A stretch of 64,000 nucleotides of DNA from Octopus vulgaris. Taxonomy: Eukaryota. Shown piece by piece: positions 25,473 through 39,282 of this stretch. Location of the stretch: contig OX597837.1 of assembly GCA_951406725.2 (NCBI GenBank), positions 14,942,001-15,006,000 of the forward strand, read 5' to 3'. The notes beneath the pieces are model-generated. The model ran no database searches, was not told where the DNA came from, and saw only the letters and a program-made list of their open reading frames with translations. The translations under genes were made by a program, and so were the position numbers. The stretch's first letter is position 1, and each line of letters opens with the position of its first letter.

Positions 25473-28400
25473 TTGACAGACAGACATATGTGAAGGCATG
25501 ATCATGAGGTTGTGAGTTCAATTTCTGGACTGGGCAGCATGTTGTATCATTGATCGAGGCACTTCATCTTGTCTACTAATCTGCAATTAGTATCACCCGA
25601 GTGCTGGTACAGTACCCGTTCTCTCAAGCTGTCGATGTTCTCAGTGTTCCACTTGATCAAGGGTGGAGGTTCAATATCTGCTTGCATCCACCCAAACACT
25701 TAAAGCAATTAAGGAATGAACGGTAATTGCTATCGAGTCATATTCGTTTGTGAATGATGGCTGTGGGTTTCCTGTTTGTAGATGTATATATGATGATGAT
25801 GATGATGATGAATGACAATAGGGATTAAGGAAATCCAAGCAAATACCTCAGTAAGCACTCTTTGTACTTAAACCCGGCTAACAGAATTGTCCGGTCGTGA
25901 TTATAGTAATCCATATAGGATGTTACTTTCTCTCCAGGTGACAGGTACAAACTGTAAATCCGAAATTCATCACCAAATCACCAATTAGTAATCCTTGTGT
26001 ATTAATCACAGAGTATGTTAATAAACAAAGAATGAAGGTATCTGTCTATCTATTCAATCATCCTTTAATGTCTTCTTTCTATCCTGGCATGGGTTGGACG
26101 GTTTGACAGGAGCTGGCTAGGCATAAGACTGCAGCAGGCTCCATTGTCTGTTTTGGCAGGATTTTTACAGCTAGATGCCCTTCCTAACACCAACAACCCC
26201 ACAGAGTGGACTGATCTATCTATCTTTCTCCTTAACTGTCTATCACCCTATCTATCTATCTGTCTGTCTATCTATCTATCTATTTATCTATCTATCTATC
26301 CATCTATCTATCTATCTATTTATCTATCTATATATATACATACATACATACATATATATTGGACACTAAACTCTGCTTGCCAAGACCTGTTGAGGCAAGT
26401 GAAATCAAAATCAAATTCAATGACTGGCACCCATGCTAGTGGAACGCTAAGAACATCATTCGAGCGTGATCATTACCAGCGTTACCTTACTGGCAATTGT
26501 GCCAGTGGTATGGGAAAAAAACATTTGAGCAAAGTCGTTGCCAGTGCCACCTGACTGGCCCTCATGCCGGTGGCACATAAAAGCCCCCACTACCCTCTCA
26601 GAGTGGTTGGTGTTAGGAAGGGCATCCAGCTGTAGAAACTCTGCCAGATCAGATTAGAGCCTGGTGCAGTCATCTGACTCGCCAGTCCTCAGTCAAACCG
26701 TCCAACCCATGTCAGCATGGAAAGCTGACGTTAAACGACGACGATGATGATATATATATATCTCATTTATGTCTCCTTTTCGCAGTGGCATGTGTTTCAT
26801 GCCTTGCTAATCCATGACAACATGCAAAAGAAATATAAAGCAATGTTGTGTACATATGTGCACACAAAAGGGCAGCTTTTGCACAGTTTCTGTCTTCCAG
26901 ATTCCATTCACCAGACATTGGACAGCAGAAGGTTACAGATAATGGAAACACTTGCCCAAGGTGCTGTGCAGCAGAACCAAACCCAGAACTTTATGAGCTT
27001 CTTCACCTCCCAGTTACAGCCCCACCTATTGATTAGATTAGAGTGTTGTAAAAGTAATTCTGTGGAACCCTTTTGCGATATTAACTAACCTTATTTATTC
27101 TACACCGAAATAAGCAGCCCCTCCCTTCTGCCACCCATGTTTTTGCCTGACAAGATTTATTTGGTTTTCTCATAAAGGAACCATTTATCATCTTTAGTAC
27201 CCTTAACCAAAGTTTCAGACTTTTGCTTATCACCGTTTTGCAGGGAGAGTAGGGCTAAGAGGATCGGTGGGGAATGAGCGGAGTTCATGCAGCATTCCTC
27301 TTCGGTTTCATGTTTGCTAAATGTTTTCAAGTCTGCAATTTTGGGGGTGGGGAGAGTTTATATATGTATATATGTGTATATGCATATGTATATATACATT
27401 CATACATACATACATACATAGACATCTTTGATAGTAGGAATATGTTCTTTAAAGAGAATCGGTATAAGAAGAAGAAGAAGCACAAAGTAGCAGGGTTGTC
27501 TTTGAGATTTTCTAAAGGCCTAACTGCAACTCCACCCATCTCAGTAGGGAAGAAAATGGTGGAGGATATGGTGGTGGTGTTGGTGGGGCGGTTGAATTAC
27601 CTTGTATGGTAGGTTGTGTTACTGAAGAAATATTATACCTTTAATGTGTTTAATGCATTTCAGGAAGAGAGAGGAAAAAAAAAAGAGAAATGGAATCGGT
27701 CTTTTTTTAGCATGTTTCTGTATATGGTTAAAAGATAGGTGCAGCGTTAGATTAGGGGCGACATATATGAGGGTAACCATTATTTAATATTGTGCATGAA
27801 AAGACCAAAATATCCTTCTGTTTATTAATGGCATTTCATTACCTTCTACTGGTTTCAATCATTGGACTGCAGCCATTCGAGGCCAATGTCTTGGAGCGCT
27901 TTTATCAATCAAATCAACCCCTGTTTGTTTGGTGTTTTTTTTTTTTGTTTGTTTGTTTGTTTTTTGAAGGGGGAACCTGGCATTAATTTTATCAGTCTCT
28001 TTTGCTGAACTACTAAGTTATGGGGACATAAACAAACCAACACCAGTTGTCAAGTGGGATATAGTTTAATGCCTTGCCAAGGACAAATAAATATTCACCT
28101 TAGCCCTTTAGCATTTAAATATGTTCATACTCATTGGATCCAGCCTCTCACACCTAGTGTAATGGGCACAAATGACAAAAACAAACCGTTTCTCTTTAGT
28201 ATAAAGTATAGAGCTTGTGGTATTAGTTTTATCAATTAAGAGCAATCACAGCAAGTCTTGGTTCCAGCCAAACTTCCTTCTACAGATTCAGATATGATAT
28301 CATTTATTATTTTTTTTCTACTTTAAGATTATTTATAAATCTTGAATTTATTGAGAAGGTGGAAGAGAAAACTTTCAAGGATTACCGCTCTTTCCTTCTC

Positions 28401-28749
28401 CCTTGGCTGCAGGTGAGAAGAAGTGCTCAGTTTCACCTGGGAACTGAAATCAGGTTACAATCTTGTTTCTTAAGGAATTAACATTTAAAATCTGTTTTTC
28501 ATTTCCTTTCCATGGTGGAACCTTAGATGGTTCCAGTTCTATTTATTTATTCATTTTATTATTTGGCTCAGAAGAAGCAGTTGCTAGTCTCCTCATCAAT
28601 ACTTCTCCCTTTCTGGAGAAAGGAATGGTGTGAATGGTACCTCCTCCACCCCACAGTGGTCCTTCACATGGCATGACTTGGCCAATTTGGACAGGGAGAA
28701 GGAGAGAAAGAGAGAGAATTATTACCCATTGCCCTTAACTAGTACCTAA

Positions 28750-29160
28750 CTTAAACTTCTTCAAGCCCTTCGCCTCCTTTGGAGCAAGACCCATCGGTGA
28801 CTTTTCTCCACCATTCTCTCGACTCAGCACTGTCCCTTTTCTGCTCCTCCTCAGTTAAACCCCTATGTTTCCTTTCAGATTTTGCCACACCACATCCCGT
28901 TTTCCTGAGAAAGGCCTTCCTCTTCTCAGACCCTTTGGCTTTGAATTGCTATCAATGATTCCATAACTTTGCATTTTTCAAGGTAGGAATGTTGGCCCTA
29001 CACAAACCTATTTTTACTTCTGGGAAGAGATAATCCATGCTAATCTAGACCTGTATCCTTTCATCTGTCTTGCATGGTAGGCCATACCAAGAGCTTGTGT
29101 TCCACTGCCATAATTCCCAGGATCACTGAGACATGTAGGCCACCACGCTGCAACAAAGAC
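28750..29160 (-). mobile_element. Probable internally deleted (bipartite) RTE-like element
   Basis: 28755-28940 resembles an RTE 3' end on the minus strand (RRGRP motif and a W-containing terminal motif). 28975-29160 resembles RTE 5' UTR motifs. Heavily decayed. Confidence 0.45.
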
Positions 29161-30507
29161 TGGACCTTTTGGTGGACTTAATTCAATGGGAAAATAGTAA
29201 ACTTAACCCAGCAAGATTTGAACTCAGTACAGAGAGGCTGGACAAATATAAAATATAAATTCCAGAATTTTTGAAACTTTTTTCAGAAAAGTCCTTTATT
29301 AATTTCAGAAAAGTACAAAACTCTTGTCTCTCCTTCAAAGTAGGATCTTCCACTTCAATCTTCATGTAGTACTTCAGCTACTTCATGAAGGCCCCATGGA
29401 CGTCTGCCAAAGTAAAGGTGTCCAGGCCATTTGTCAGAGCATCCCTTCATCTTCTGGTTTGCCAGACCTCAGTCAAATCATCCAACCCATGCTAGCATGG
29501 AAAGCAGACGGTAAATGATGATGATGATGAATTTAAAAAAGAAAAAATATTTTACCTGATAACTAGTTCCATCTCCTGATTTCTAGATTATAGCAAGAAC
29601 TCTTTTGCCTCTCCAAGGCATTTTCATGAGTTTGTCCCAAGCATCCTTCCTTGTTTTCAGACTTTTGGTCAGCACATGTTTCCATGAATCCTGCGCAATA
29701 TAAAACTTTCCTTTCAAAAATCTCAAGTAACCCTGGTGGTTAAAAAAGAAATTAGGAATATATATCACATACGATGCCTGAATCCCAGCAAAATATGTCC
29801 TGTGTATCACATGTAAAACACTGAACAGGCAAAGGGTTAATCATCAAAACCCTTCATGAAAAAAAAGGGGTCACTTATTGCTATGTAAAACACGTGTCAG
29901 AATTTTGAATTCCAATCTGATTGTTTTCTGGTATTTTACTTTACATATTTAAAGATAAAGAGAAAATGCCTTTTGTGTTTATCATGCTAATTATCACGGA
30001 ATTATCTTCGGTTGATCTCCAAAAATATTTTACATCAGCTCATCTCTAATGGGTTAACACTTAATCAAGGAATAATTTCAATTTTTCTTGGAAAATTTGT
30101 TTTATGTATTTAATTATTTGTTGGTTGTTTTTTTTTAATGAATTTAATAACTTACTGAATATTTTTCATTCTCGTTTACTTTAAACTAATGAGTTAAAAG
30201 GAAAAGTAATTTAATTAAAACAGATTCTATGAAAATTCATGGTTTTCACTTTATGCGTGCTCACCCAGACACAGTAAATTCTTGAGAAATAGGATCAAAT
30301 AGACCCATTTAGATGTTGAACAGATAAGGAAATAATCTTTTCTTTATATGTGTGTGTACGTGTGTATTATATATAGATAGATAGATAGATAGATACAAAT
30401 ATAGATAGATAGATACATATATAGATAGATAGATACATATATAGATACATACATACATAGATATGCATATATACACACACATATATATCTATATATAGTC
30501 TTTTTTT

Positions 30508-31032
<525 letters not shown>

Positions 31033-31532
31033 ATCACAGACAGACACACACACACGGACGGACGGATACAAACATTTAGTATGCATGTTTGACTACTGCT
31101 AAAATATGCACACACACGTAAAGGTTATAACCTAAATTAATTCTAATTATACATTTTAGTGACATATGTATAATACAAGAAATTTATGGCAGAGAAACTT
31201 CCTAGTAGGCCCAAAATTAGCGATTTATCATCAGAGTAGTATGCATCGATTAATATTGAGACCCCCTCATAGCCTTGGGGCCTCCGGGCAACTTCACAGT
31301 ATGGCCATACCTTTGACATCCAACATTATGTATTCGAGTGTAAAGAAAAGGGATAAGAGGATAAAATATATGAGAATATTTCGTTTTTGGATTTGGTTTG
31401 CAAGATTCTTCATATGAGTTTGTGTGTTGAAGCATATTCTGTTGTGTCTGGGGAGAGTCATTTTCTTTTTGTGCCTTTATAATGTAACACACTCACCGGT
31501 AAAATTTCCACTATTTTCTTATTTTTATTTTC

Positions 31533-31569
31533 CTAAAATTTTCGTTGCGTCTTGCAACCTTTTCAATAG
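31533..31569 (-). ncRNA. Minimal hammerhead motif with U3-A8 core variant
   Basis: Minus strand: cta TTGAAAA g gttgc-aagac-gcaac GAA aatt t tag, followed by aataaa. Confidence 0.5.
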
Positions 31570-32010
31570 TTAGAATATTTATTACCAATATTCTTATACA
31601 AGTGATTGGGGAGAGGGTCGCATTATATTTGAGATGGCATTGTACTCGAGAAAACATCCAATAAGTTCGTGTATAAATACTTACCCTAGATATATTTTAC
31701 AGTGTGTTTGTGTGCGTGTGTATATGCAAACAGATACGCACACACACACTAGTTATACGCACTTTTGAGAAGTTGTGGTGCACCTGAGCACTGTATACAA
31801 TAATTTCATTATTATTATTATTATATACATACATGCATTTACATATGTTTAATCATATGCGTGCGTGTGTGTCCTAAACACTTTTTTTGTAGGTCATAAA
31901 AAGTTTTCATTCAGATCAACTACAAAAGTGACTATTTTCAACACGAGCAATCGTTATAGTTTTGACTACACACACACACTCATATACACACACACATACA
32001 CACACACCCT

Positions 32011-32042
<32 letters not shown>

Positions 32043-32412
32043 ATAGTGGCAAATTAGAGGCTGACTTTTTGAGAAACGTGCTAAGTAGCTGTATACGAAC
32101 TATGAAGTTGTTCATTGCATCTATATACTGTGAGGTTTTTAATTAAGGCACGTGTTCCTTAGTTTAAGGTCAGCTAACGAAACAATAATTAAGTCATCCT
32201 GCGCCTGGACCCGTTAATGAGATCCGTGCAGGTGATAAGAGAAGACTTGATTAACGCCTGGGTTTTAAGATTAAGCAAGGTGTAGGGGAGGGGAGACAAC
32301 TCTTTGATCTGAACGTAATTGTTAGTCTCTCTTCATTATGTCACACACACACACAGCCACCCGTCCACCTACCCATCCGCCTACACACGCAGGCAGGCGC
32401 ACACGCATTTAC

Positions 32413-32462
<50 letters not shown>

Positions 32463-32599
32463 CATGCATACATAGATATAATATACACACACTCATCTTC
32501 CTCTGTATCTATATCGATAGACTTTAGGGTGTGTGTGTGTGTGTGTATGAAAACGACAAGGATGGTATATAAATAAATATAAAGATAGCATTTTTCCGA

Positions 32600-32673
32600 T
32601 GGCCGGATAACTGAAGAGATGGCGACGTGGATTTCCACTTCAGCATCCGAAACTCGGAGTTTTATCATGGCTA
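32600..32673 (+). ncRNA. Type I hammerhead ribozyme motif in a pLTR-like fragment
   Basis: Stem I tggccg-gataa/ttatc-a-tggcta, CTGAAGA 32611-32617, long stem II, GAAA 32649-32652, stem III act-cgg-agt. Followed by aataaa and (TA)n. Confidence 0.65.
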
Positions 32674-32717
32674 CCGAATAATTGTAACATATTATATTTA
32701 CAGATATAATTAAATAA

Positions 32718-32757
<40 letters not shown>

Positions 32758-32909
32758 CCCCCACACATATACATATATCAGAAGATGATGCAGTCCTCGA
32801 ACACGCTGGATCCTGTCGGACTTTCCAACCCATGCTAGCATGAAGGATGGTGTTTTTATATATGAATACATGCACATGAATGTGTGTGTGTCTGGTTAAT
32901 GAGGGACAG

Positions 32910-33195
32910 AAGGTCGACTTTGCCTTTCATCCTTTCGGGGTCTATTAAATAAGTACCAGTTATGCACTGGGGTCGATGTAATCGACTTAATCCGTTTGTC
33001 TGTCCTTGTTCGTTCTCTCTGTGTTTAGCCCCTTGTGGGTAGTAAAGAAATAGGTATTTTGTCTGCCGGTATGTTCTGTGTTCAAATTCTGCCACGGTCA
33101 ACTTTGCCTTATGCACTGGGGTCGATGTAGTCGACTTAATCCCTTTGTCCTTCTTTGTCCTCTCTATGTTTAGCCCCCTGTGAGCAATAATGAAA
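32910..33195 (+). mobile_element. SINE family A tandem units without the head
   Basis: Junction aaagaaata|ggtattttgtctgcc at about 33051. Confidence 0.75.
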
Positions 33196-33653
33196 TATAT
33201 ATATTTAAAGGATAAAGACCTCCTCCAGTTACAAATAACCGTGGGATTGCACCTAGAAAGTTCCCCTCCAAGGCACCAGTCTGGCACCCATGCTGGTCGC
33301 ATGTAAAAAGCACCCTTCAAACGGAGGCAGTGACAAGAGACCAAGACCTTTGGCAATATGCTGTGCTTGAGAAGACCTTTCCAGCATAGTCATGGCCGAT
33401 GACAGTGTTTCATAAGTGGCATGTAAAAACCACCCACTACCCTCTTGGGGTGGTTGGCATTAGGAAGGGGTTCCAGCTGTAGAAACCTTCCCAGATCAGA
33501 TTGGAACCTGGTGCAGCTTCCCAGCTTACCAGTTTTCAGGCAAACCATCCAACCCATGCCAGCATGGAAAGCAGACACTAAATGATGATGATGGTGCCAT
33601 TGATGCTGTTAACATTTAAAATACAGCAGGTGAATCAATACTCTTGGGAAAAT

Positions 33654-33771
33654 CTCCAGGGATACAGGCATCCAGCAACAGGACCTCCGTAATGCCATGA
33701 TGGACCGTGAAGTCTGGCGTAGCATGGTAAATTCCATTGTCTCGACCACGGTCAAACAATGATGATGATGA
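33654..33771 (+). mobile_element. Extremely 5'-truncated RTE LINE with TSD
   Basis: Encodes SRDTGIQQQDLRNAMMDREVWRSMVNSIVSTTVKQ* plus (tga)n. TSD tgggaaaat at 33645-33653 and 33772-33780. Same family as 43860-44151. Confidence 0.85.
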
Positions 33772-33871
33772 TGGGAAAATGCACACCAGTGGGATTCCCC
33801 AGAGATTGTGACATTCTTGGGAGGAAGGACTGGGTGTGTAGATTCTTTATTGGTCAGTTATCCACAAACAC

Positions 33872-33916
<45 letters not shown>

Positions 33917-35050
33917 ATAGCTGAGACCAAACCATAAATTCCAATACAACTGCTTGTGGCAGTATTGACGGAACCAATGTAGAAAATAGAGTTATTAAAG
34001 AAGAGAGGAAACATTCTGTAATGAAGTTTTATACTCACTGGGTTTATATATTGGCAGTCATTAGAGTGGTGGAGAGAATGCCTCATGGTATTTGTTCTGA
34101 GTGTCGGTAATCCGAGTTCAAATCCTGTCAAAGTCAGCTTTGCCTTTCATCTTGTTTTGGGGGCTGATACACAAGCACACACATACACACACATTTGCAT
34201 GTGCACTCACACACACAGCATCAATGTTTAACATCTGCTTTTCTATGCCTGCATAGGTCAGATAGAGTTGGTTGAGGCAGGTTTTCTACAGCCAAATGCC
34301 TTTCCTGTTGTTAACCTTTACCTGCTTCCAAGCAAAAGAAAAATATTTCCCCATAGTCACGCATGATTTTTTTTATAGAAAACTAGAAATGAACAACATC
34401 TCTTGTATCACAGTGACGCTTGTCTCCAATCTTCAGATGATGTCAAGGCAAGGACACACACACACACACACACACAATGGGCTTCTTTCATTTTCCATCT
34501 ACAAAAGCCACTCACAAAGCTTCAGCCAGTCCACGGCTGTAGCAGAATGCAGTTGCCAACATGATGAGACTGAATTGGAGACCCCATGGTTGGGAAGCAA
34601 TAATTAAGGCGTGTAACTTACTACCTGTAATTTGCTACCTTCAGCCAACACCCATCACAGATATATCAATTCTAGCCATCAGATAGAATGACATGTTACC
34701 AACGTTGAGATAAAGATCTCGGGTTCTAATCAGTCATCTGCTGGCATTTTTATATGATATCTTTCACGATATCTCCTGCTATCAAGTTGCTCTCATGTAC
34801 ACAAGACATTTGTCAAGGTTTCAAATTACAGCATTAAAACAAGATTGAACCAACTAACTTTATATTTTTTAGCTGACATCATATCAATGACACGGTCTTC
34901 AACACACACCCACACCCATCAGAAGCTGTAAAAGGAGTAGTGACAAAGACTGATTAGATTGTGCCAAAACTCTTTTATCAAATTCTCTGCCTTACTCTTT
35001 TGCCATAAATCTTGAGAACACCAATTTCCTGTTAGGTTCTTAGAATTAAG

Positions 35051-35474
35051 ACCTTCAGCATTCGAGTTGCTCAGTTAAAGGCAATTCTTGTTTATTAACA
35101 TTGTTTTGAATTAATCATACATGATCTCATAGCTTCAAGATTTTAATTATGTGAGTGGCAAGTGTTTGAAGGACATTGCAGGGTAGGTGTGAGAGGCTGG
35201 ATCTGGTCTATTTCAACATGAAGCATGTAGAATTTTGGGGCTAGATATGGTTGGTTGAAGCCTTTAGCATTCAGATCACTTGGTCAAATGTAATGCTTAT
35301 TTATTCAAACGGTTTTGAATTAATCATGCATTTTCTCATATCTTCAAAATTTCAATGATATGATTGTTTATTTTTCGAATGACATTGTAGAGTAGGTGTG
35401 AGAGGCCCAATCTGGCTAGTTTGAACACACAACAGGTAGAATATTTGGGCCAGGTATGGCTGATGAAGGGTTAA
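35051..35474 (+). mobile_element. Two tandem copies of the TTAA-ended piggyBac-like MITE
   Basis: Units start cctt(c/t)agcattc at about 35052 and 35260; the array ends aagggttaa. Confidence 0.6.
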
Positions 35475-36502
35475 ATTATATGTCAGTATATTAAGGCATT
35501 GGGTTACGGCTCAAATTGATTTCCAGCTGATGTCAAATAAAGCAAGCTTTCTTTACCTCAGCAGTTCAGAATGTATTTGTCAAGTGGGATTATCCCTTAA
35601 GCCAGTCCTATCTACAGTTCATGGTTTCTGTTATGTTTTGTTTCAGCCATAAAACGGCAAACATGCGCTGGAGGACCGCCTTGAAGAGTTTTAGCTGAGT
35701 AGATCGACCCCAGTAGAATCTTCTGCTTTTTAAAGTTTGGTACTTATTCTACTGGTCTCTTTTGGTGGATCAAATCACTAAGTTACAAGGACATAAACAA
35801 ACCAACACCAGTTTTCAAGTGGTGGAAGGTGGACAAGCACAAAGGCATACGCATAAAAATGTATGTATTTGTGTATGTATGTGTCAACTATATACATACA
35901 TACATACAGGCACACACACACACACACACATATACATACGTGCATAGACACACACACATGCATACATACATACGTGCATAGACACACACACACGCACACA
36001 TACATACGTGCATAGACACACACACACACAGATATATGTAGATTCAAAGACTAAACATGTTCAGAAGATAAACCCACAAAAGTACAAAGCACCGAGATAT
36101 TTAATATATATTGACAAAAATAAAATAAATATTTGACAAAAATAAATTTAGTGTTCCATAGAGTATAAGAAATGTTGTATCTGCATCCCTATCTCCGTAT
36201 CAACTCATCTGGATTTCTCTTACAGCCACGCTTAACCCCCGAGGGCCCTAGTCCTTGATAAAGATTTTCGAGTTGAACTTCGTGTTTGCACTGCTACAGG
36301 TTTTCTCTATTGAGCATCTCTCGATTTCACCCGTTGACTTTGTGTGTGTAGTAGTAGTAGTAGTAGTAGATTAACCATATCACGATGGCATCAGAGAGGT
36401 TGTCTTACAATATTCCTTCTGATTTTCTGCCCACTGAGTTCAAATCTCTCCAAGGTCAACCTCAAGGGTAATGAATAATGGGATAGTTCTCTTTTGGGTC
36501 AG

Positions 36503-36540
<38 letters not shown>

Positions 36541-36740
36541 TTTTCTTTCTTTCTTTCTTTCTTTAAGAAATTGCCTTATAGTCAGAGCTGGAGGCGAATA
36601 GAGTTCACCAGTTCCAAAACCTGCCCCAGTCCTGACGCCTCCCCCCCCCCTCACGTCTACATCAAAGGCTGAAGTCCGAAGTCAAGACAGTGTGGGAGCA
36701 AACATATATACATACACATGTATAAATGCATACACACACA

Positions 36741-36747
36741 CTCTCTC

Positions 36748-36832
<85 letters not shown>
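36741..36832. repeat. (CT)n microsatellite
   Basis: Visible directly. Confidence 0.95.
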
Positions 36833-36844
<12 letters not shown>

Positions 36845-36953
36845 TGAAGGTTAGCAAGCCAAAAGTTCAAAGAAACACATATTCTAAATGTAATCCTTCA
36901 GTTTAATGTTTATATTGTTTTCTTGTCAAGTTAAATATAAGAACAATTATATA

Positions 36954-36998
<45 letters not shown>

Positions 36999-37914
36999 GT
37001 TCGTATTGCTTGTTGATAGATACTGCAATACGTATATAAATATACACGCACGCGTATGTGTGCACATATATATACACATATGTGCATGTTAAACATATAT
37101 ATAGTGACTTACACGTGTATCTGTCCACATAGAGACACACACACCAGCATAAAACAGAATCTGACTATTTTTTCTTTTTCCCCGATATAAAAACTCTATA
37201 ATAAGGTAATAACTAGTGGGAGGTAACTCCCCCTTCCTTGGCGCTTCTTAATTAAGGTTGTCTTTCATTACGATTCCGGCTACGGAAGTATAAACGTTCC
37301 CCTTCGCCCTTCATATAAATAGTTTTTCCCCTCGAGATTTTGTTACCTTCAGAGTATTTCTTTGTTGTTATCAATCGAAATCGGATTCTGAATGTATTGT
37401 AAGCAGTAATCGTTTACTAACACTAACCAAGGACATTGGTTTCGTTGTTCAGGACAGTTCCGATCGAGCAGACCTCTAATCGAACGCAATTCAAAGCATG
37501 GCCTTCTATTTATATCTATTTTTCCCTGTTTTTAAATATCTAGAACTTGTCTTATTCGAGATGTACTTTCTATTTCGATTAAGGTTGTGTGTCAGTAATG
37601 CGAGAGAGATTTGGCTGCTATTTCTAGCAGATAGTAGCTGTTATGTTTTAGATTAGTACAAAGGGTACAACGCCGGGAGCCAGGATCGATTTTGCTTCTC
37701 ACCGTTCCAAGGGCAATTGCGTAGCTAGAGTGAGTTATACCCGGAGCAGCCCTTGTGTTCATCACCCCCAGTCCGGACCCTGACAAGTGCTTTGCCAGGG
37801 GCGTCCACACCTTTCCCGCCATCCCCAACTGCGCTACTGTCCGAGGATCTTAATTTTCTGTTGTAATTAAGTCGTGAATGTTTTAGAGGAATACTAGATA
37901 GATGGATTTAAATA

Positions 37915-38297
37915 GAGAGATAGTCAGACAGACAGACAGATAGGTAGACAGATAGACAGATAGGTAGACAGACAGATAGGTAGACAGACAGATAGGTAGA
38001 CAGACAGATAGTCAGACAGACAGATAGGTAGACAGACAGATAGGTAGACAGACAGATAGGTAGACAGACAGATAGGTAGACAGACAGATAGTCAGACAGA
38101 CAGATAGGTAGACAGACAGATAGGTAGACAGACAGATAGTCAGACAGACAGATAGTCAGACAGACAGATAGATAGGTAGACAGACAGATAGGTAGACAGA
38201 TAGATAGGTAGACAGACAGATAGGTAGACAGATAGATAGGTAGACAGACAGATAGGTAGATAGATAGGCAGATAGGTAGGTAGACAAACAGACAGAT
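37915..38297. repeat. (GACA)/(GATA)/(GGTA) compound tetranucleotide array
   Basis: Higher-order unit gataggtagacagaca repeated. Confidence 0.95.
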
Positions 38298-38750
38298 TAT
38301 GTATATAACTGCAAGTGTATGTGATGATGTATGCTTGTTTTCCATACTTGCATGAGTCAGGCGGCATATATTGATTTTCTTGTGCTGAACGGGGCCTTCC
38401 TGTCGCCAAACCCTTACCTGTTTCCCAGCAAGGTAATCTTTCTCCATGGCCAAACATGTTTTTTGCAGAATATTAGTGACGGACATTTATTTTCGACAAT
38501 CACTAAAAATATTGTATATGCACAGAGATTGTTTGTCAGAATTTCCTGTCTCTGGTTGGTTGTGTATAAAATCTTTGCAGAAATAAAAACAGTTAAAAAC
38601 TAATTTGTATTTTGATCTGGCATATAACAACTGGCTACACTCCAGTATTATTGATAGCAATCAAGGGAAAAGGTCGGGAGACATGTTGAATAAAAAGAAA
38701 TATATTTATATTATACTGTAGTTTGGACACATTATAAAGTGTTCTGGCTT

Positions 38751-39282
38751 AACCACGGGTTACCTTGGGTTAAGCAGACCTATAACCATGGGTTACCTTG
38801 GATTAAGCAGACCTATAACCACGGATTACCTTGGGTTAAGCAAACCTATAACCACGGGTTACCTTGAATTAAGCAAACCTATAACCACAGGTTACCTTGG
38901 ATTAAGCAGACCTATGACCACAGGTCACCTTGGATTAAGCAGACCTATAACCACAGGTCACCTTGGATTAAGCAGACCTATAACCACAGGTCACCTATTA
39001 AGCAACCTATAACCACAGGTCACCTTGGATTAAGCAGACCTATAACCACAGGTCACCTTGGATTAAGCAGACCTATAACCACTGGTTACCATGGATTAAG
39101 CAGACCTATAACCATGGGTCACCTTGGATTAAGCAGACCTATGACCACAGGTTACCTTGGATTAAGCAGACCTATGACCACAGGTTACCTTGGATTAAGC
39201 AGACCTATAACCACAGGTTACCTTGGATTAAGCAGACCTATGACCACAGGTTACCTTGAATTAAGCAGACCTATAACCACAG
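38751..39282. repeat. 33-bp minisatellite, about 16 units
   Basis: Unit aaccacaggttaccttggattaagcagacctat, with few variants and no spacers. Confidence 0.95.

Noticed and set aside
28970-28990. AG|GT site ttttcaag|gtagga, and minus-strand AG|GT sites near 7895 and 12545
   Set aside because: The first lies inside a TE remnant. The others have weak pyrimidine tracts or donors and oppose the presumed transcript.
37908-38486. 192-aa repetitive ORF, and the many YIYI, CVCV and ERER ORFs elsewhere
   Set aside because: Stop-free simple repeats with no coding signal.
38751-39282. CRISPR-like array of 33-bp repeats
   Set aside because: Units are contiguous with no unique spacers, there are no cas genes, and the context is eukaryotic. 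It is a minisatellite.
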